DNA from: Planktothrix sp. GU0601_MAG3
Lineage (GTDB): Bacteria; Cyanobacteriota; Cyanobacteriia; Cyanobacteriales; Microcoleaceae
Reading direction: 5' to 3'
Length of the DNA stretch: 64,000 bases
Assembly (NCBI GenBank): GCA_035193785.1
Contig: CP136572.1
Coordinates: 3,764,578-3,828,577, forward strand
The position numbers and the translations under genes are program-made. Under the pieces are notes generated by a model. It searched no databases and was not told the DNA's origin. It worked only from the letters and a program-made list of their open reading frames with translations. This document shows, in pieces, positions 33,858 to 46,282 of the stretch (positions are counted from its first letter, which is position 1; every line of letters begins with the position of its first letter).

Positions 33858-36750
33858 GTGACAGAAGCCAAATCCTATAAAGATAGCGTCAACTTGCCCC
33901 AAACAAAATTTGATATGCGGGCAAACGCCGTGAAGCGAGAACCGGAAATCCAAGCCTTTTGGGCCGAACAGGAAATTTATCAACGCCTGTCACAAAATAA
34001 CCCCGGTGAACTATTTATTTTACATGATGGCCCCCCCTATGCGAATGGGGTGTTGCATATTGGTCATGCTCTGAATAAAATTCTTAAAGATATTATTAAT
34101 CGCTATCAAATTTTACAGGGTCGTAAAGTTCGTTATGTTCCTGGGTGGGACTGTCATGGTTTACCCATTGAATTGAAAGTATTACAAAACATGAAAGCCG
34201 GGGAACGGGAACAATTAACCCCCTTAACTTTGCGTCACAAAGCCCGGGATTTCGCCTTACAAGCCGTTGAACAACAGAAAACCAGTTTCAAACGGTATGG
34301 AGTTTGGGGCGACTGGGAACACCCCTATTTAACGCTAAAACCCGAATATGAAGCCGCCCAAATTGGCGTATTTGGCAAGATGGTTTTAGAGGGATATATT
34401 TACCGAGGACACAAACCCGTGCACTGGAGTCCGAGTTCTAAAACTGCCTTAGCGGAAGCGGAATTAGAATATCCTGAAGGTCACATTTCCCGCAGTTTAT
34501 TTGCCGCCTTTAAACTATTAACCGTATCTGAACCCCTGCGGGAATTATTAACGCCCTTTCTATCGGAATTAGGGGTAGCAATTTGGACAACAACCCCCTG
34601 GACAATTCCAGGTAATTTAGCCGTTGCAGTTAACCCCGCGTTAAATTATGCCGTTGTGGAAGTGGGGGAAAGTGACAAACCTGTGGCGTTTAAATATTTA
34701 ATTGTGGCGGCGGATTTAGCTGAACAATTATCAGTAACTCTGGGTTATTCCTTAACAGTTAAAGCCACATTTAAAGGCAAGGATTTAGAAAATTCCACCT
34801 ATAAACATCCCCTATTTAATCGAAGAAGTCCGATAGTTATTGGTGGGGATTATATTACCACAGAATCCGGTACGGGATTAGTTCATACCGCCCCCGGTCA
34901 TGGTCAAGAAGACTATATTGTTGGTCAGAAATATGGTTTACCAATTTTATCCCCCGTGGATGATCAAGGAAACTTTACCGATGAAGCCGGAAAATTTGAA
35001 GGATTAAATGTTTTAGGAGAAGGAAATGGGGCAATTATTGAGGCTTTAACAGAAGTTAATTCCCTATTAAAAGAAGAACCCTATCAACATAAATATCCCT
35101 ACGATTGGCGCACAAAAAAACCCACAATTTTTAGAGCCACCGAACAATGGTTTGCCTCGGTTGAAGGGTTTCGAGATGCGGCTTTAAAAGCAATTTCTGA
35201 GGTAGAATGGATTCCCGCCCAAGGAGAAAATCGGATTACTTCCATGGTAGTTGATCGCAGTGATTGGTGTATTTCTCGACAACGGAGTTGGGGGGTTCCG
35301 ATTCCGGTTTTTTATGATGAAGAAACCAACGAACCCCTATTAAATGAAAGCACAATTAATCACGTTCAAACTATTATTGCCGAAAGGGGTTTCCGATGCT
35401 TGGTGGGAGTTATCAATTGAAGAATTATTACCCCCAGAATATCATAATAATGGTAGGACGTATCGCAAGGGAACCGACACCATGGATGTGTGGTTTGATT
35501 CCGGTTCTTCTTGGGCGGCTGTTGCTAATCAACGCCCCGAATTAAAGTATCCGGCGGATATGTATTTAGAAGGTTCTGATCAACATCGGGGCTGGTTTCA
35601 ATCAAGTTTATTAACCAGTGTCGCTAACTATGGTCATGCTCCCTATAAAACCGTATTAACCCATGGATTTGTCCTCGATGAAAAGGGGATGAAAATGAGT
35701 AAATCCATAGGAAATGTAGTTGACCCGGCGATCGTAATTGAAGGGGGGAAAAATCAACAACAGGAGCCACCCTATGGGGCTGATATTCTGCGGTTGTGGG
35801 TGTCTTCGGTGGATTATTCTTCGGATGTTCCCCTGGGGAAAAATATCCTCAAACAGATGGGGGATGTTTACCGCAAAATCAGAAATACTGCCCGATTTTT
35901 ATTAGGGAATTTGCATGATTTTGATCCGATAAAAGATACGGTTAAATACGAAGAATTACCGGAATTAGATCAATATATGCTCCACCGGATTACGGAGGTT
36001 TTTACTGAAGTAACAGAAGCCTTTGAGAGTTATCAATTTTTCCGATTCTTCCAGGTAATTCAGAATTTCTGTGTGGTGGATTTATCTAATTTCTATTTAG
36101 ATATTGCCAAAGATCGGTTATATATTAGTGGGGCTGATGGGTTTCGGCGTCGCAGTTGTCAAACGGTTTTAGCGGTGGCGTTGGAAAATTTGGCCGCATC
36201 GATCGCCCCCGTATTATGCCATACGGCCGAAGATATTTGGCAAAATATTCCCTATTCTACGCCCCAGGCTTCGGTGTTTGAAGCGGGTTGGGTAAGGTTA
36301 GAAAAACAGTGGGAAAAGCCAGAATTAGGGACGTTATGGCAACAGTTACGACGGATTAGAAGTGATGTTAATGTTGTCTTAGAAAAAGCCCGTCAGGACA
36401 AAATTATTGGTGCATCCTTAGAAGCCAAAGTCCTATTATATGTGGCGGATCAGGATTTGCGTCAACAGATGCAACAAATGAACCCCAAAACCACAGAATT
36501 AAAAGATAATAATGGGGTTGATGAATTGCGGTATTTGTTGATTTGTTCCCAGGTTGAACTATTAGATACCCCCGAACCTTTAAACGGTTTACCCTATAAC
36601 CAACAGTTTGAAGATTTGGGAATTGGTGTTGTTAAAGCCGATGGGGAAAAATGCGATCGCTGTTGGAATTATTCCGTTCATGTTGGGGAATCAAAAGAAG
36701 ATCCTACCATTTGTGAACGGTGTATTGAGGCGTTAGCAGGAACATTTTAA
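33858..36750 (+). CDS. ileS: Isoleucine--tRNA ligase; frameshift at 35389
   Basis: [28 protein letters not shown]-terminal KCDRCW...CERC; repair gives ERG-SDAWW. Confidence 0.97.
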
Positions 36751-36856
36751 AACTATTTCTAAAAGTAGTAAGCCCTTTAGGGCTTTCTTCCCCAGAAGAC
36801 TAAACCCTAAAGGGCTTACTACAAAGCTGTTGATAAATCTTGTTTTCTGATAAAAG

Positions 36857-38210
36857 ATGCGATTCTCAAAAATATTAATTGCCAATCGAGGGGAAATAGC
36901 TTTACGGATTCTTCGCACCTGCGAGGAGATGGGTATTGCGACGGTTGCTGTTCATTCAACGGTTGATCGCACTGCCCTCCATGTCCAACTGGCCGATGAA
37001 GCCGTTTGTATCGGGGAAACCCAGCAGCAGTAAAAGCTATTTGAATATTCCCAATATTATCGCCGCCGCCCTGACCCGCAACGCCACGGCCATTCATCCC
37101 GGCTACGGATTTCTGGCGGAAAACGCCCGATTTGCTGAAATTTGTGCCGACCATGATATTGCCTTCATCGGCCCCACACCCCACGCCATGCGGTCAATGG
37201 GAGACAAATCAACGGCCAAGGAAACCATGCAACGGGTGGGAGTTCCCACCGTCCCGGGTAGTGATGGACTCCTGAGTGATGACAAGGAAGCCCTGCAACT
37301 AGCCCGCAAAATCGGTTATCCGGTAATTATTAAGGCCACCGCCGGGGGTGGAGGTCGGGGAATGCGGTTAGTTAGGGAAGATTCGGAACTTCCTAAACTA
37401 TTTGCTGCGGCCCAAGGGGAAGCGGAAGCCGCCTTTGGGAATCCGGGGGTTTATTTAGAGAAATTTATTGAACGTCCTCGCCATATTGAAATTCAGATTT
37501 TAGCTGATAATTATGGCAATGTTATTTACCTGGGAGAAAGGGATTGTTCGATTCAAAGACGTCACCAAAAACTATTAGAAGAAGCACCGAGTTCTTTTAT
37601 TACTCCTAAACTGCGTCAAAAGATGGGAACGGCGGCGGTAAAAGCGGCTAAATCTATTAATTATACCGGGGCGGGCACCGTTGAATTTCTAGTTGATCAA
37701 TCGGGAAATTTCTATTTTATGGAAATGAATACCCGGATTCAAGTAGAACATCCGGTCACGGAAATGATCACCGGATTAGATTTAATTGCTGAACAAATTC
37801 GCATCGCCCAAGGGGAAAAGTTATTATTAAATCAAAGTCAAGTAGTTTTGCGCGGTCATTCGATTGAATGTCGGATTAATGCTGAAGATCCTGAACATAA
37901 TTTCCGCCCCCACCCCGGACGGATTAGTGGTTATTTACCTCCTGGGGGAAATGGGGTGAGAATTGATTCCCACGTCTATACGGATTATGAAATTCCCCCC
38001 TATTATGATTCTTTAATTGGCAAGTTAATTGTTTGGGGGCCAGACCGTCCGACGGCGATTCTCAAAATGAAACGGGCGTTACGGGAATTTGCAATTACTG
38101 GAGTTCCGACAACCATCGGATTTCATCAAAAAATATTAGAAAATCCCGAATTTATTCGGGGGGAAATTTATACAAACTTTGTGGAAAAAATGATGAACAA
38201 AGGGGAATAA
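36857..38210 (+). CDS. accC: Acetyl-CoA carboxylase biotin carboxylase subunit; frameshift at 37016
   Basis: ATG 36857 gives [46 protein letters not shown]; repair gives CIGE-PSSSKSY. Confidence 0.96.
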
Positions 38211-38303
38211 TAAACCTGGCAATTATGGTATAATGGAAGTAAGGGCAACTCGCCCTCATAACCTAAAATCTAACTCAGACCCTAAGTATCGGGAGTAAGT
38301 GGG

Positions 38304-39122
38304 GTGAAAACAATCAATATCCAATCCTTTCTAGGATATGAAAAACCGCCGGTGGTGGAGGTCGTTTGTGGCATTTTGTTTCAGGATCTACAATTGCTAC
38401 TAACTCCTCACATTGGCTTGCTGTGGCAAAAATTTCAACACGAGTACCCCGAATGCGAGGAACTTCCCCCTTTAGCACCAGCTATAGAGTTTTTTGACGA
38501 ATCACCGGATATCAATGTTGTTTTTTCTAAAATCCCACCAACACCGAGAATCTGGTTTATAGAAACTAACGGTAACAAAGTTATTCAACTTCAGCGCGAT
38601 CGCTTACTACATAATTGGAGAAAGGTAGAATCTGAGGATACCTATCCTCGATATCAAACTGTGCTTGAAACATTTCAAAACCATTTGTCAACCTTTGAAG
38701 AATTTCTTAAAGAAAATGATTTAGGAATAATTATTCCTAGACAGTATGAACTCACTTATGTCAACCATATTGAACAAGGAGAAAGATGGAACCGGATTGA
38801 AGATATTAATCAAATTTTTCCTAATTTTTCTTGGAAAATAAACCTTGATCAACTTCCTGAACTTGAAGCAATTAACTGGCGAACTTCATTATTATTACCT
38901 GATCAAATAGGTCGATTACACCTATCCATTCGCAATGGAATCCGAGAAGAAGATAATCAAAATGTATTTGTTTTTGAACTCAATGCTCGTGGAATTGGTT
39001 CTGATCAATCACAAAACTCAATGAAGGAATGGTTTGACTTAGCTCATCAATATATTATTCAAAGTTTTGTTGCTTTGACGAGCCAAGAGATGCAGGACAA
39101 CGTATGGAGGAGTATGAAATGA
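38304..39122 (+). CDS. TIGR04255-family protein
   Basis: YEKPPVVEVVCGILF, RIWF...VIQLQRDRLLHNWR...YPRY, ELTYVNHI, WFDLAHQYI...F..LT. Confidence 0.78.
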   Translation: MKTINIQSFLGYEKPPVVEVVCGILFQDLQLLLTPHIGLLWQKFQHEYPECEELPPLAPAIEFFDESPDINVVFSKIPPTPRIWFIETNGNKVIQLQRDRLLHNWRKVESEDTYPRYQTVLETFQNHLSTFEEFLKENDLGIIIPRQYELTYVNHIEQGERWNRIEDINQIFPNFSWKINLDQLPELEAINWRTSLLLPDQIGRLHLSIRNGIREEDNQNVFVFELNARGIGSDQSQNSMKEWFDLAHQYIIQSFVALTSQEMQDNVWRSMK

Positions 39123-39787
39123 CAGTCATTAACTCTGCACACTCTATTTTATCTAAAGAAAATACAACTACAACTACCACGATAAAAATTAGTGAAGTAG
39201 CTGTTAATTATGAATCTGAAGAACAACAGTCTCAAAGCAATTCTGGTATTTTTGTAAGAGATATTGGATATCGATTAAACTCAGGGTCAAATAGACGATA
39301 TCCAGCTTTATACGAACAGTCTTATTTACCATCAAGATTATCTAATCGTCAATATCTGTTAACAGTTGTTAAATCAACAGAAAAGATTGAAGAACCTGAA
39401 AACCGGAGTTTAACCCGTTTGGTTTCGTCTTTTTCTTTAAATAATTATAAAATTTATCAAATTATTGGTGAATTTTGTATGACTCCTGATCAGGGTCAAA
39501 AAGTATATCGCCTGATTTATCCTAAATTAATAGCAAACCGTCCTGTAGAATTAGATTTTACAGATGTCAAGATTTGTATTCCACCGTTTATAAATTTTGC
39601 AATTGGGCAACTTTTTAAGGATATTAAACCCGATGCTCTCAATCATCTTTTGAAAATATCAAATCTGAATCCCATCAGTCAGCAAACACTCCAGCTAGTG
39701 ATGGAGAATGCAAAATGTTATTATTCAGATGATAATTTACGCCAAGCCGTAGATCAGGTATTAACTGAACAATCTGTTTCTCTCTAA
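39104..39787 (+). CDS. Protein with low-complexity N-terminus and C-terminal STAS-like (DUF4325) domain
   Basis: GQKVYRLI...VELDFTDVKI...FINFAIGQL; overlaps the upstream stop. Confidence 0.7.
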   Translation: MEEYEMTVINSAHSILSKENTTTTTTIKISEVAVNYESEEQQSQSNSGIFVRDIGYRLNSGSNRRYPALYEQSYLPSRLSNRQYLLTVVKSTEKIEEPENRSLTRLVSSFSLNNYKIYQIIGEFCMTPDQGQKVYRLIYPKLIANRPVELDFTDVKICIPPFINFAIGQLFKDIKPDALNHLLKISNLNPISQQTLQLVMENAKCYYSDDNLRQAVDQVLTEQSVSL

Positions 39788-40414
39788 TGTCAATTAACTA
39801 TACAATTCAGGCAGAAGTCGTTAATATCCGGTCTGACTCACCCAAACCAGAGGATACTTTTCTTGTTGATACTAATGTTTGGTACTGGCTATTGTATTCT
39901 CGTGCACTTGAAGCTAACATTCCTCCTCATCCTTACCAAATTAATTATTACCCTTCTTATATAACAAGATGTCTTTCGGTTAAATCATTGCTATGCTATT
40001 CGGGATTATCCTTAGCGGAATTAGCTCATCTGACAGAAAAAGCAGAACTAGAAATTTTTAATCGTCGTATATCTGGAGGGGTTAAACCTAAAGAATATCG
40101 GCATAATTATTCAGTAGAAACGATCTGGGGTAGTTGCTGAAGTCAAATCAGTTTGGAGTCAAATCAAACAGATGGCTGTTCCTATCCATCTTACCCTTGA
40201 CGAATCAATAACAGATGCAGCTTTAAATCGTTTTCACACTCAATCATTAGACGGGTATGATTTATTTATTTTGGAAACGATGGAGAAGGAAGGAATAGTT
40301 AACGTAATCACCGATGATGGTGATTTTGTCACTGTACCGACTATTCGGGTTTTTACGGCTAACCATAATGTGATTTCAGCCGCCAGACACCAAGGTAAAT
40401 TAGTAACACGCTAA
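39787..40414 (+). CDS. PIN domain nuclease; frameshift at 40117
   Basis: FLVDTNVW, SLAEL, LDGYD, VITDDGDF, VFTAN. TAATG coupling to the upstream gene; repair gives SVE-RSGVVAEV. Confidence 0.85.
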
Positions 40415-40492
40415 TTTGCCTCTGATTTTTGTAAAGATTTATGAATAAAGTTTAGATTTTGCAAAGGTTTATGAAGGGATGATGAAAGTTTA

Positions 40493-40565
40493 TGCGCCCT
40501 ACTGGAATCGAACCAGTCTGAAGGCGAATTATGAGTTCGCTGCCTCCCCAATCGGCCAAGGGCGC
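40493..40565 (-). tRNA. trnI: tRNA-Ile2 (CAU)
   Basis: GCGCCCTTGGCCGATTGGGGAGGCAGCGAACTCATAATTCGCCTTCAGACTGGTTCGATTCCAGTAGGGCGCA: 7-bp acceptor stem, CAT anticodon, GGTTCGA T-loop. The anticodon arm resembles cyanobacterial Ile2 rather than Met. Confidence 0.88.
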
Positions 40566-40714
40566 TTCCAACATTACAATATCATGTTCTCAGCCAAAAT
40601 GGTTAACGGCGATCGCTAATTTCGACTAAATTTTGAATAAGCTGTGTAGGTGATAGCATATCCTCTAGGCATTAGCCGTTAAAATAGCGAGTTAAATCAT
40701 ATCTGAATCTTGAG

Positions 40715-41414
40715 ATGGGACTAAATTCAACTGTTGTTCTGACTGTCGTTTTACTAACCATGATGTTTGGTGCTGGCTTTACCAGTTTCCGTCTGGGGCT
40801 ATGGTCTAGGTCGTTCGGCGTTGAAAGAAATTACACAACCGGATGTGCGCCCAAACAACCTAGCCAATAAAAATAAAAATGGAAACCGCCATGATGGGGT
40901 GCTGTTGCTGAAAGAGAAGGATATCCTAGCAACGGTCAAGAAGCGCATGGAAGGGAAGGATACAGCCATTGCGAGTGCATCGGCGTCATCACCGAATAAA
41001 CCGACCTCTAACCAAACCCAGAAACCGAAAACCGAAAATCCCGCCACCCCAGTAGCGAATAATAAATCGGTGTTTCCCATTGTTAGCCGTGATGGGGGGG
41101 TAAGCTTAGAAGTGGTAGAAGCAAGTCGGAAGGGGAATTCTTTGGTTTTAAATGTCAACCTCAAAAATGAAGGTCAAGAATCCGTTAGATTTCTCTATAG
41201 TTTTTTAAATGTTACCGATGATAAGGGTCGTGCTTTGAGCGCCAGTGTGGAAGAATTGCCCGGCCAATTGCCTCCTAGTGGCAAAGTTTATCAGGGAACG
41301 GTCACAATTCCTACGGCATTAGTGGAAAATTCCAAGGAATTAACCATGAGTTTAACTGATTATCCTGACCAAAAAATGCAATTACAGATGTCAGGAATTC
41401 CAGTGGCGCCATAG
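40715..41414 (+). CDS. Conserved cyanobacterial membrane-anchored hypothetical protein; frameshift at 40785
   Basis: ATG 40715 gives MGLNSTVVLTVVLLTMMFGAGFTS-SVWGYGLGRSALK; C-terminal Ig-like region VRFLYSFL. Confidence 0.75.
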
Positions 41415-41441
41415 ACATCTGGATTTTCTGCAAAGGTAATC

Positions 41442-42869
41442 ATGACACTTACGACTCAAGATGTACTGTGGCGATTGTTCTCAGTGCTATTTTTAATTAC
41501 GATTAATGCTTTTTTTGTCACGGCTGAATTTTCCGTGGTTTCGGTACGGCGATCGCGGATTAATCAATTAGTTGATGAAGGGGATGCTCCGGCGCACACC
41601 GTTCAACAACTGCAACGACGAATTGATTTATTTCTGTCCACAACTCAGTTAGGAATTACCCTTTCTAGTCTAGCATTGGGTTGGATTGGAGAAGCCACGG
41701 TAGCGATGACTTTAAAGGAAATTCTGACTCCTTTACCCCTACCAATTTCTTTCCAAAATGCTATTTCTCATTCTGTGGTAATTCCAATTTTTGCCTTTTT
41801 TCTAATTGCTTATTTGCAAATTGTCCTGGGAGAATTATATCCTAAATCCCTGGCATTAGTCTATCCTGAGCAATTATCTAGGTTTTTAGCTCCTCCTAGT
41901 TTAGCGATCGCTAGTTTTTTTAAACCCTTTGTTTGGAGTTTAAATCAATCTACCCGTTGGTTATTGCAATTATGTGGAATTCAGTTTACTGGTCATCCCT
42001 ATACCCGAGTTACTTCGGAAGAATTGCAATTAATGATTACCACATCCAGTGAATCTATTGGTTTACAAGCGGAAGAACGGGAATTACTTAATAATGTGTT
42101 TGAATTTGGGGATGTAATCGCGGAAGAAATTATGGTTCCCCGCACCAGTATTGTGGCTATTCCTAATAACGCCACCTTCCAAATGTTGCTGGATGAAATG
42201 GCAAATTCTGAACACTCTCGTTATCCAATTATGGGAGAATCTTTGGATGATATTTTAGGAACAATTGACTTTAGAGATCTAGCTAAACCCCTAGCAGATA
42301 TGTTACTATCTCAGGGTAGTTTAATTAAGCCTTGGGTACGTCCGGCGCGATTTATTTCTCAACAAATGCCCTTGAATGAGGTATTATCTCTGATGCAGCG
42401 ATCGCAGTTACAATTAGTAATTGTTGTTGATGAATTTGGCGGTACGGCCGGATTAGTTACTATTCAAGATGTGATTGCAGAAATTATTGGGGATCATTCA
42501 AATCCCACGGAATCCGAAGATGATACAATTCAATTTATCGACGATTATACTTTTTTAGTTCAAGCTCAATTAGATTTAGAGGAACTGAATGAACGTTTAG
42601 ATTTAGACTTACCTTTAACTGAAGAATATCAAACCCTAGGAGGATTTTTAATCTATCAATTCCAAAAAATTCCCTCCGTTGGAGAAACCTTACGTTATCA
42701 AACTTTTGACTTTACCATTCTATCAACAGAAGGCCCTCGTTTAGACCAGATCGAAATTTGGATAGTTGAACCAGAAACCCTAGAAACTTCCCCAGAAACC
42801 ATCAATTCCGTAGAATTTGAGGAATCCCAGGATATTTCTCAAGTTTCTGAAACTTCCCAGGAAGAATAA
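41442..42869 (+). CDS. Hemolysin/CNNM-CBS-CorC family membrane protein
   Basis: NAFFVTAEFS, TQLGIT, GELYPK, MVPR, HSRYP, VVDEFGGTAG, YQTLGG. Confidence 0.92.
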   Translation: MTLTTQDVLWRLFSVLFLITINAFFVTAEFSVVSVRRSRINQLVDEGDAPAHTVQQLQRRIDLFLSTTQLGITLSSLALGWIGEATVAMTLKEILTPLPLPISFQNAISHSVVIPIFAFFLIAYLQIVLGELYPKSLALVYPEQLSRFLAPPSLAIASFFKPFVWSLNQSTRWLLQLCGIQFTGHPYTRVTSEELQLMITTSSESIGLQAEERELLNNVFEFGDVIAEEIMVPRTSIVAIPNNATFQMLLDEMANSEHSRYPIMGESLDDILGTIDFRDLAKPLADMLLSQGSLIKPWVRPARFISQQMPLNEVLSLMQRSQLQLVIVVDEFGGTAGLVTIQDVIAEIIGDHSNPTESEDDTIQFIDDYTFLVQAQLDLEELNERLDLDLPLTEEYQTLGGFLIYQFQKIPSVGETLRYQTFDFTILSTEGPRLDQIEIWIVEPETLETSPETINSVEFEESQDISQVSETSQEE

Positions 42870-43031
42870 TCAGTTATCAGTCATCAGTCATCAGTTAACA
42901 GTTATCAGTTGAAATTTTAGCCCTATTCCCTATTCCCTATTCCCTATTCCCTATTCCCTGTTCCCTGATTACTGTTTCCCTATTCCCTGTTCCCTATTCC
43001 CTATTCCCTGATTACTGATAACTGATAACTG
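42869..43031. repeat. STRR heptamer arrays between convergent genes
   Basis: (CAGTTAT/CAGTCAT)n, (CCCTATT/CCCTGTT)n about 10 units, then (ACTGATA)n. Confidence 0.9.
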
Positions 43032-44911
43032 ATAGAGGAACTTCCTCAACGGCGGGATGTTTTTCTAGGGTTAAATTTGACTTTTGAGAACCGGATAAAA
43101 GTTTAAGTAGGGTGGGTTTAGGATCATGGAGAAGATAAATAATCTGATCTCCAACTTGCCAAGCTTCTGAAGCGGCTAAAACTTGAAAATTGCCATCCCT
43201 TTCTATTAATAAAGGAATTAATTCCCCAGAGCGAATTAACGCTTGTAGATGGGATATTTGAAATTCTAACCCCGGTTGACGTAAAACCGTTTCCCCTAAT
43301 TTTACTTCCTTGTCTTCCAGATAGGTATTCCACTGTTTTAAAGAAACATCTGGGATAAAAGCCTGTTGAATTTTCTCCCGATTAACAGTTATTTGGGTTT
43401 GAGGTTCCCGGGGAAATAAAGCCAATACCCGGGGCGGTTTAAATTCCGTATCTGCACGTTCAGCTAATACCACATTCACTTCCCCATTAGTTGTCATCGC
43501 CAGGAATGTTCCCATCAATTCTAATCCTGCTTCCTCCAAAACATTATGATCTAAAGCACTACTTTGATAAACCCGTAACCCTTGCTGTCTGGCGATTTCG
43601 CAGGCTTCGGTATCAGTATCAATCATCACCACTAACTCATCCCGTTCTTGGAACAATTGACCAATTAATCGACTCAAAGGATTAGAACCCACAATCACCG
43701 CCCCCGTTACCGAATGGGAAGTTACTCCTAATTTTTTAGCCATCCATCGAGCAGTTAATCCCTGAATTACCACCGTCATAATAATAGTTAGGAAAACTAA
43801 AGCCTTAATTGAGTCTCCCCCATTAATTCCCCGTTGGGTAAGTAAAATCGCAAATAAAGAAGCAACCGAAGCCGAAACAATTCCCCGGGGAGAAATCCAA
43901 GAAGCAAATAATTTTTGTCGCCAATTCAGGTTACTATTTAAAGTACAAAGCCAAATATTAATCGGACGCACAACCCACATTAAAGCCAAAACCGTTAATA
44001 CACTTCCCCATCCCAATGCCACAATACTATCTAAGGATAAATCCGCCGCTAATAAAATAAATAAAACCGACACCGCCAACATAGTTAACTGACCTTTAAA
44101 TCGGAGTAACTGACGCATATCAGGAACACCGACATAACGCACCATCATTCCCGTAACTACCGTGGTCATTAACCCCGATTCACTCATTAGTAATTCGGCG
44201 GTATCAAATAATCCCCACAGAGCCGCTAATACCACTAAATTCTTTAATTCTTCCGACATAAATTGGGCAGTTTTTAATAACCATCCCAAAATCGCCCCCC
44301 CAATTAACCCAATTCCAGCCCCAATACTTAAACGCAATAACAGTTGTCCCATAATTTCTAGGGGGTCAGTATTGCCATTTAGGACAACGTTAAGGACTAA
44401 AACCGCTAAAATCGCCCCCACTGGGTCAATTAAAACCCCTTCACCTTCTAATAGGGCGGAAACTTGACGGTCTACGGAAACCTGTTTCAGCAATGGGCCG
44501 ATGACCGTTGGGCCTGTGACCACCACCAAAGCCGCGTAGAGAAAGGCGATGGGCCAGGGGAAACTCCCCTAACCAATGGGCAGCTATTCCCGCCCCCATC
44601 AGGGTGATTAAAGTGCCAAAGGTGACTAAATTGCGCACACTCCCAGAGACTTGACCCAGCGCCCGCAGGTCTAAACTTAATCCCCCCTCAAACAAAATTA
44701 AGGCTACCGATAGGGAGACAATGACTTCTAAACCACTTCCCAAAAGGTTTGGCTGTACTAAACTTAAGCCGTCATTCCCCGCCAGAATTCCGAATAATAG
44801 CAGAAACACGATGGCGGGAACTTTCAGGTAGTCTGCCAAGACTTGAGCCGAAATCCCTGCCATGACGGTAATGACGATTAACAGGGTGATCTGAAAAGAT
44901 GATGTTTCCAT
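43012..44911 (-). CDS. CPA1 cation:proton antiporter (NhaP-like) with TrkA-N domain; frameshift at 44560
   Basis: LILFEGGL, VVTGPTVI, EGVLIDPVG, SPRGIVSA; repair gives GEF-PWPIA. Confidence 0.9.
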
Positions 44912-45052
44912 AGGCGCTATTGTTGCAGACTACCCACTGAAATGGAAAGAGTTGTATTCTGTACTACTATAGCTTCTGTCTAACCCGGTACTCCCCCGTA
45001 GGGCTAGTACCCGCATGATCTTCTTACTCACCCTCAACTATCTGGTGGTGTT

Positions 45053-45380
45053 ATGTCAAAATCGACGATTACTTATTGGAACCCATTAAGTCCACAAAAT
45101 CAAGACTATTGGAAACCCATTTTAGAGATGGAAAATAGTGTTGAAGAACTAACTTTAAGTCAGGATGAAGAAACAGGTGAATATACCCGTTTAACTCGGT
45201 TTCATCCGGGTGCAGATACAATATCTTTCGGTGCAAAAAGTCATCCCTACCCGGAAGAAATTTTTATTATTAGCGGTCGTCTTTATGATCAAGCATTTGA
45301 TTTATGGTTGGAATCGGGACATTATGCCAGTAGACCTCCAGGTGAAATTCACGGCCCGTTTAAAACGGATATTGGTTGTA
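45053..45380 (+). pseudogene. ChrR-like cupin, C-terminally truncated
   Basis: YTRLTRFHPG...HPYPEEIFIISG...RPPGEIHGPFKTDIGC, then the ORF reads into the antisense strand of the next gene. Confidence 0.6.
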
Positions 45381-45547
45381 ATATTATTAAGCTGTATAAA
45401 CTTAATAACTTCTTCATTCTCATCCCCGCCATCCACGAGATCACCTAAACAGATAACTCGGTCAATTCGTCGGGATTTCATGTCTTTTAAAACGACATCA
45501 AAACCTGCTTTATTCCCATGAATATCTGAAATAATGGCAATTCTCAT
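45380..45547 (-). pseudogene. Metallophosphoesterase N-terminal fragment
   Basis: ISDIHGN and CLGDLVDGG are present; the sequence breaks before the expected GNH(D/E) motif. Confidence 0.75.
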
Positions 45548-45599
45548 AATATTAGTTTTTCATCTGTTTAAGCTAATTAATGAGTTATCTTTAGGTAGA

Positions 45600-46085
45600 T
45601 TAAGCATTGAGAATATCCTGAACCGTCAATTCTACTAATTCCCCTTCCACAAATTCATTGATTCTGCCAGAATTAACAGAATACCCATAAAAATTAATTT
45701 GATAATCTGTAATTTTAACGCCAGTTTGTTGTTCAACCTGGGCTAATAATTCCGGGGGTAATTCGATATGAATATCTAAAATTTTCTCCGTATCCAAACA
45801 ATTAACATGGGAATGGGAATCGCTGATATGTCCATATAAACGGCCATCGGAACGTTCCACACACTCAATCACATTTTCCCGGGATAGGGCTTCTAAGTTT
45901 TGATAAACCGATGTATGACCAATAGCTTTACCCTGTTGATTCAATCGATCATAAATGTCCCGGGCTGATAAATGTTCTTGAACTTGCCAAAGCAATTCCA
46001 AAACCAAACGACGCTGACGACTCAGCCGCATTCCTCTAGCTTGACAATAATCGATTGCATCTTCTAAACAACGAATGGGTTTCAC
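45600..46085 (-). CDS. furC: Fur family regulator, FurC/PerR type
   Basis: SRQRRLVLELLW..EHLSA..IYD...GHTSVYQNLEAL, SHSHVNCLDT. Confidence 0.85.
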   Translation of the reverse strand: MKPIRCLEDAIDYCQARGMRLSRQRRLVLELLWQVQEHLSARDIYDRLNQQGKAIGHTSVYQNLEALSRENVIECVERSDGRLYGHISDSHSHVNCLDTEKILDIHIELPPELLAQVEQQTGVKITDYQINFYGYSVNSGRINEFVEGELVELTVQDILNA

Positions 46086-46282
46086 TATTCTCTCTCCCCT
46101 CAGTTTATTTATGAAATTTCAATAGTTTTGGGATCACCGATCCCAGACTCAGACTATATTTTCTATTGTATCTTAGGGATTTTAACGAAATTAGTTGATC
46201 TGCGCCACTTAAATGATCAACCCATCACCAATCTGCACGAAAATAAGAAACCGTGGTTTCTATCTGCAAAGGTTGACATTGA

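Noticed and set aside
40493..40565. tRNA-Met assignment, or a prophage/ICE att site
   Set aside because: It lacks initiator features (C1:A72 mismatch, GGG/CCC anticodon stem) and resembles Ile2. No duplicated tRNA 3' end or integrase is visible.
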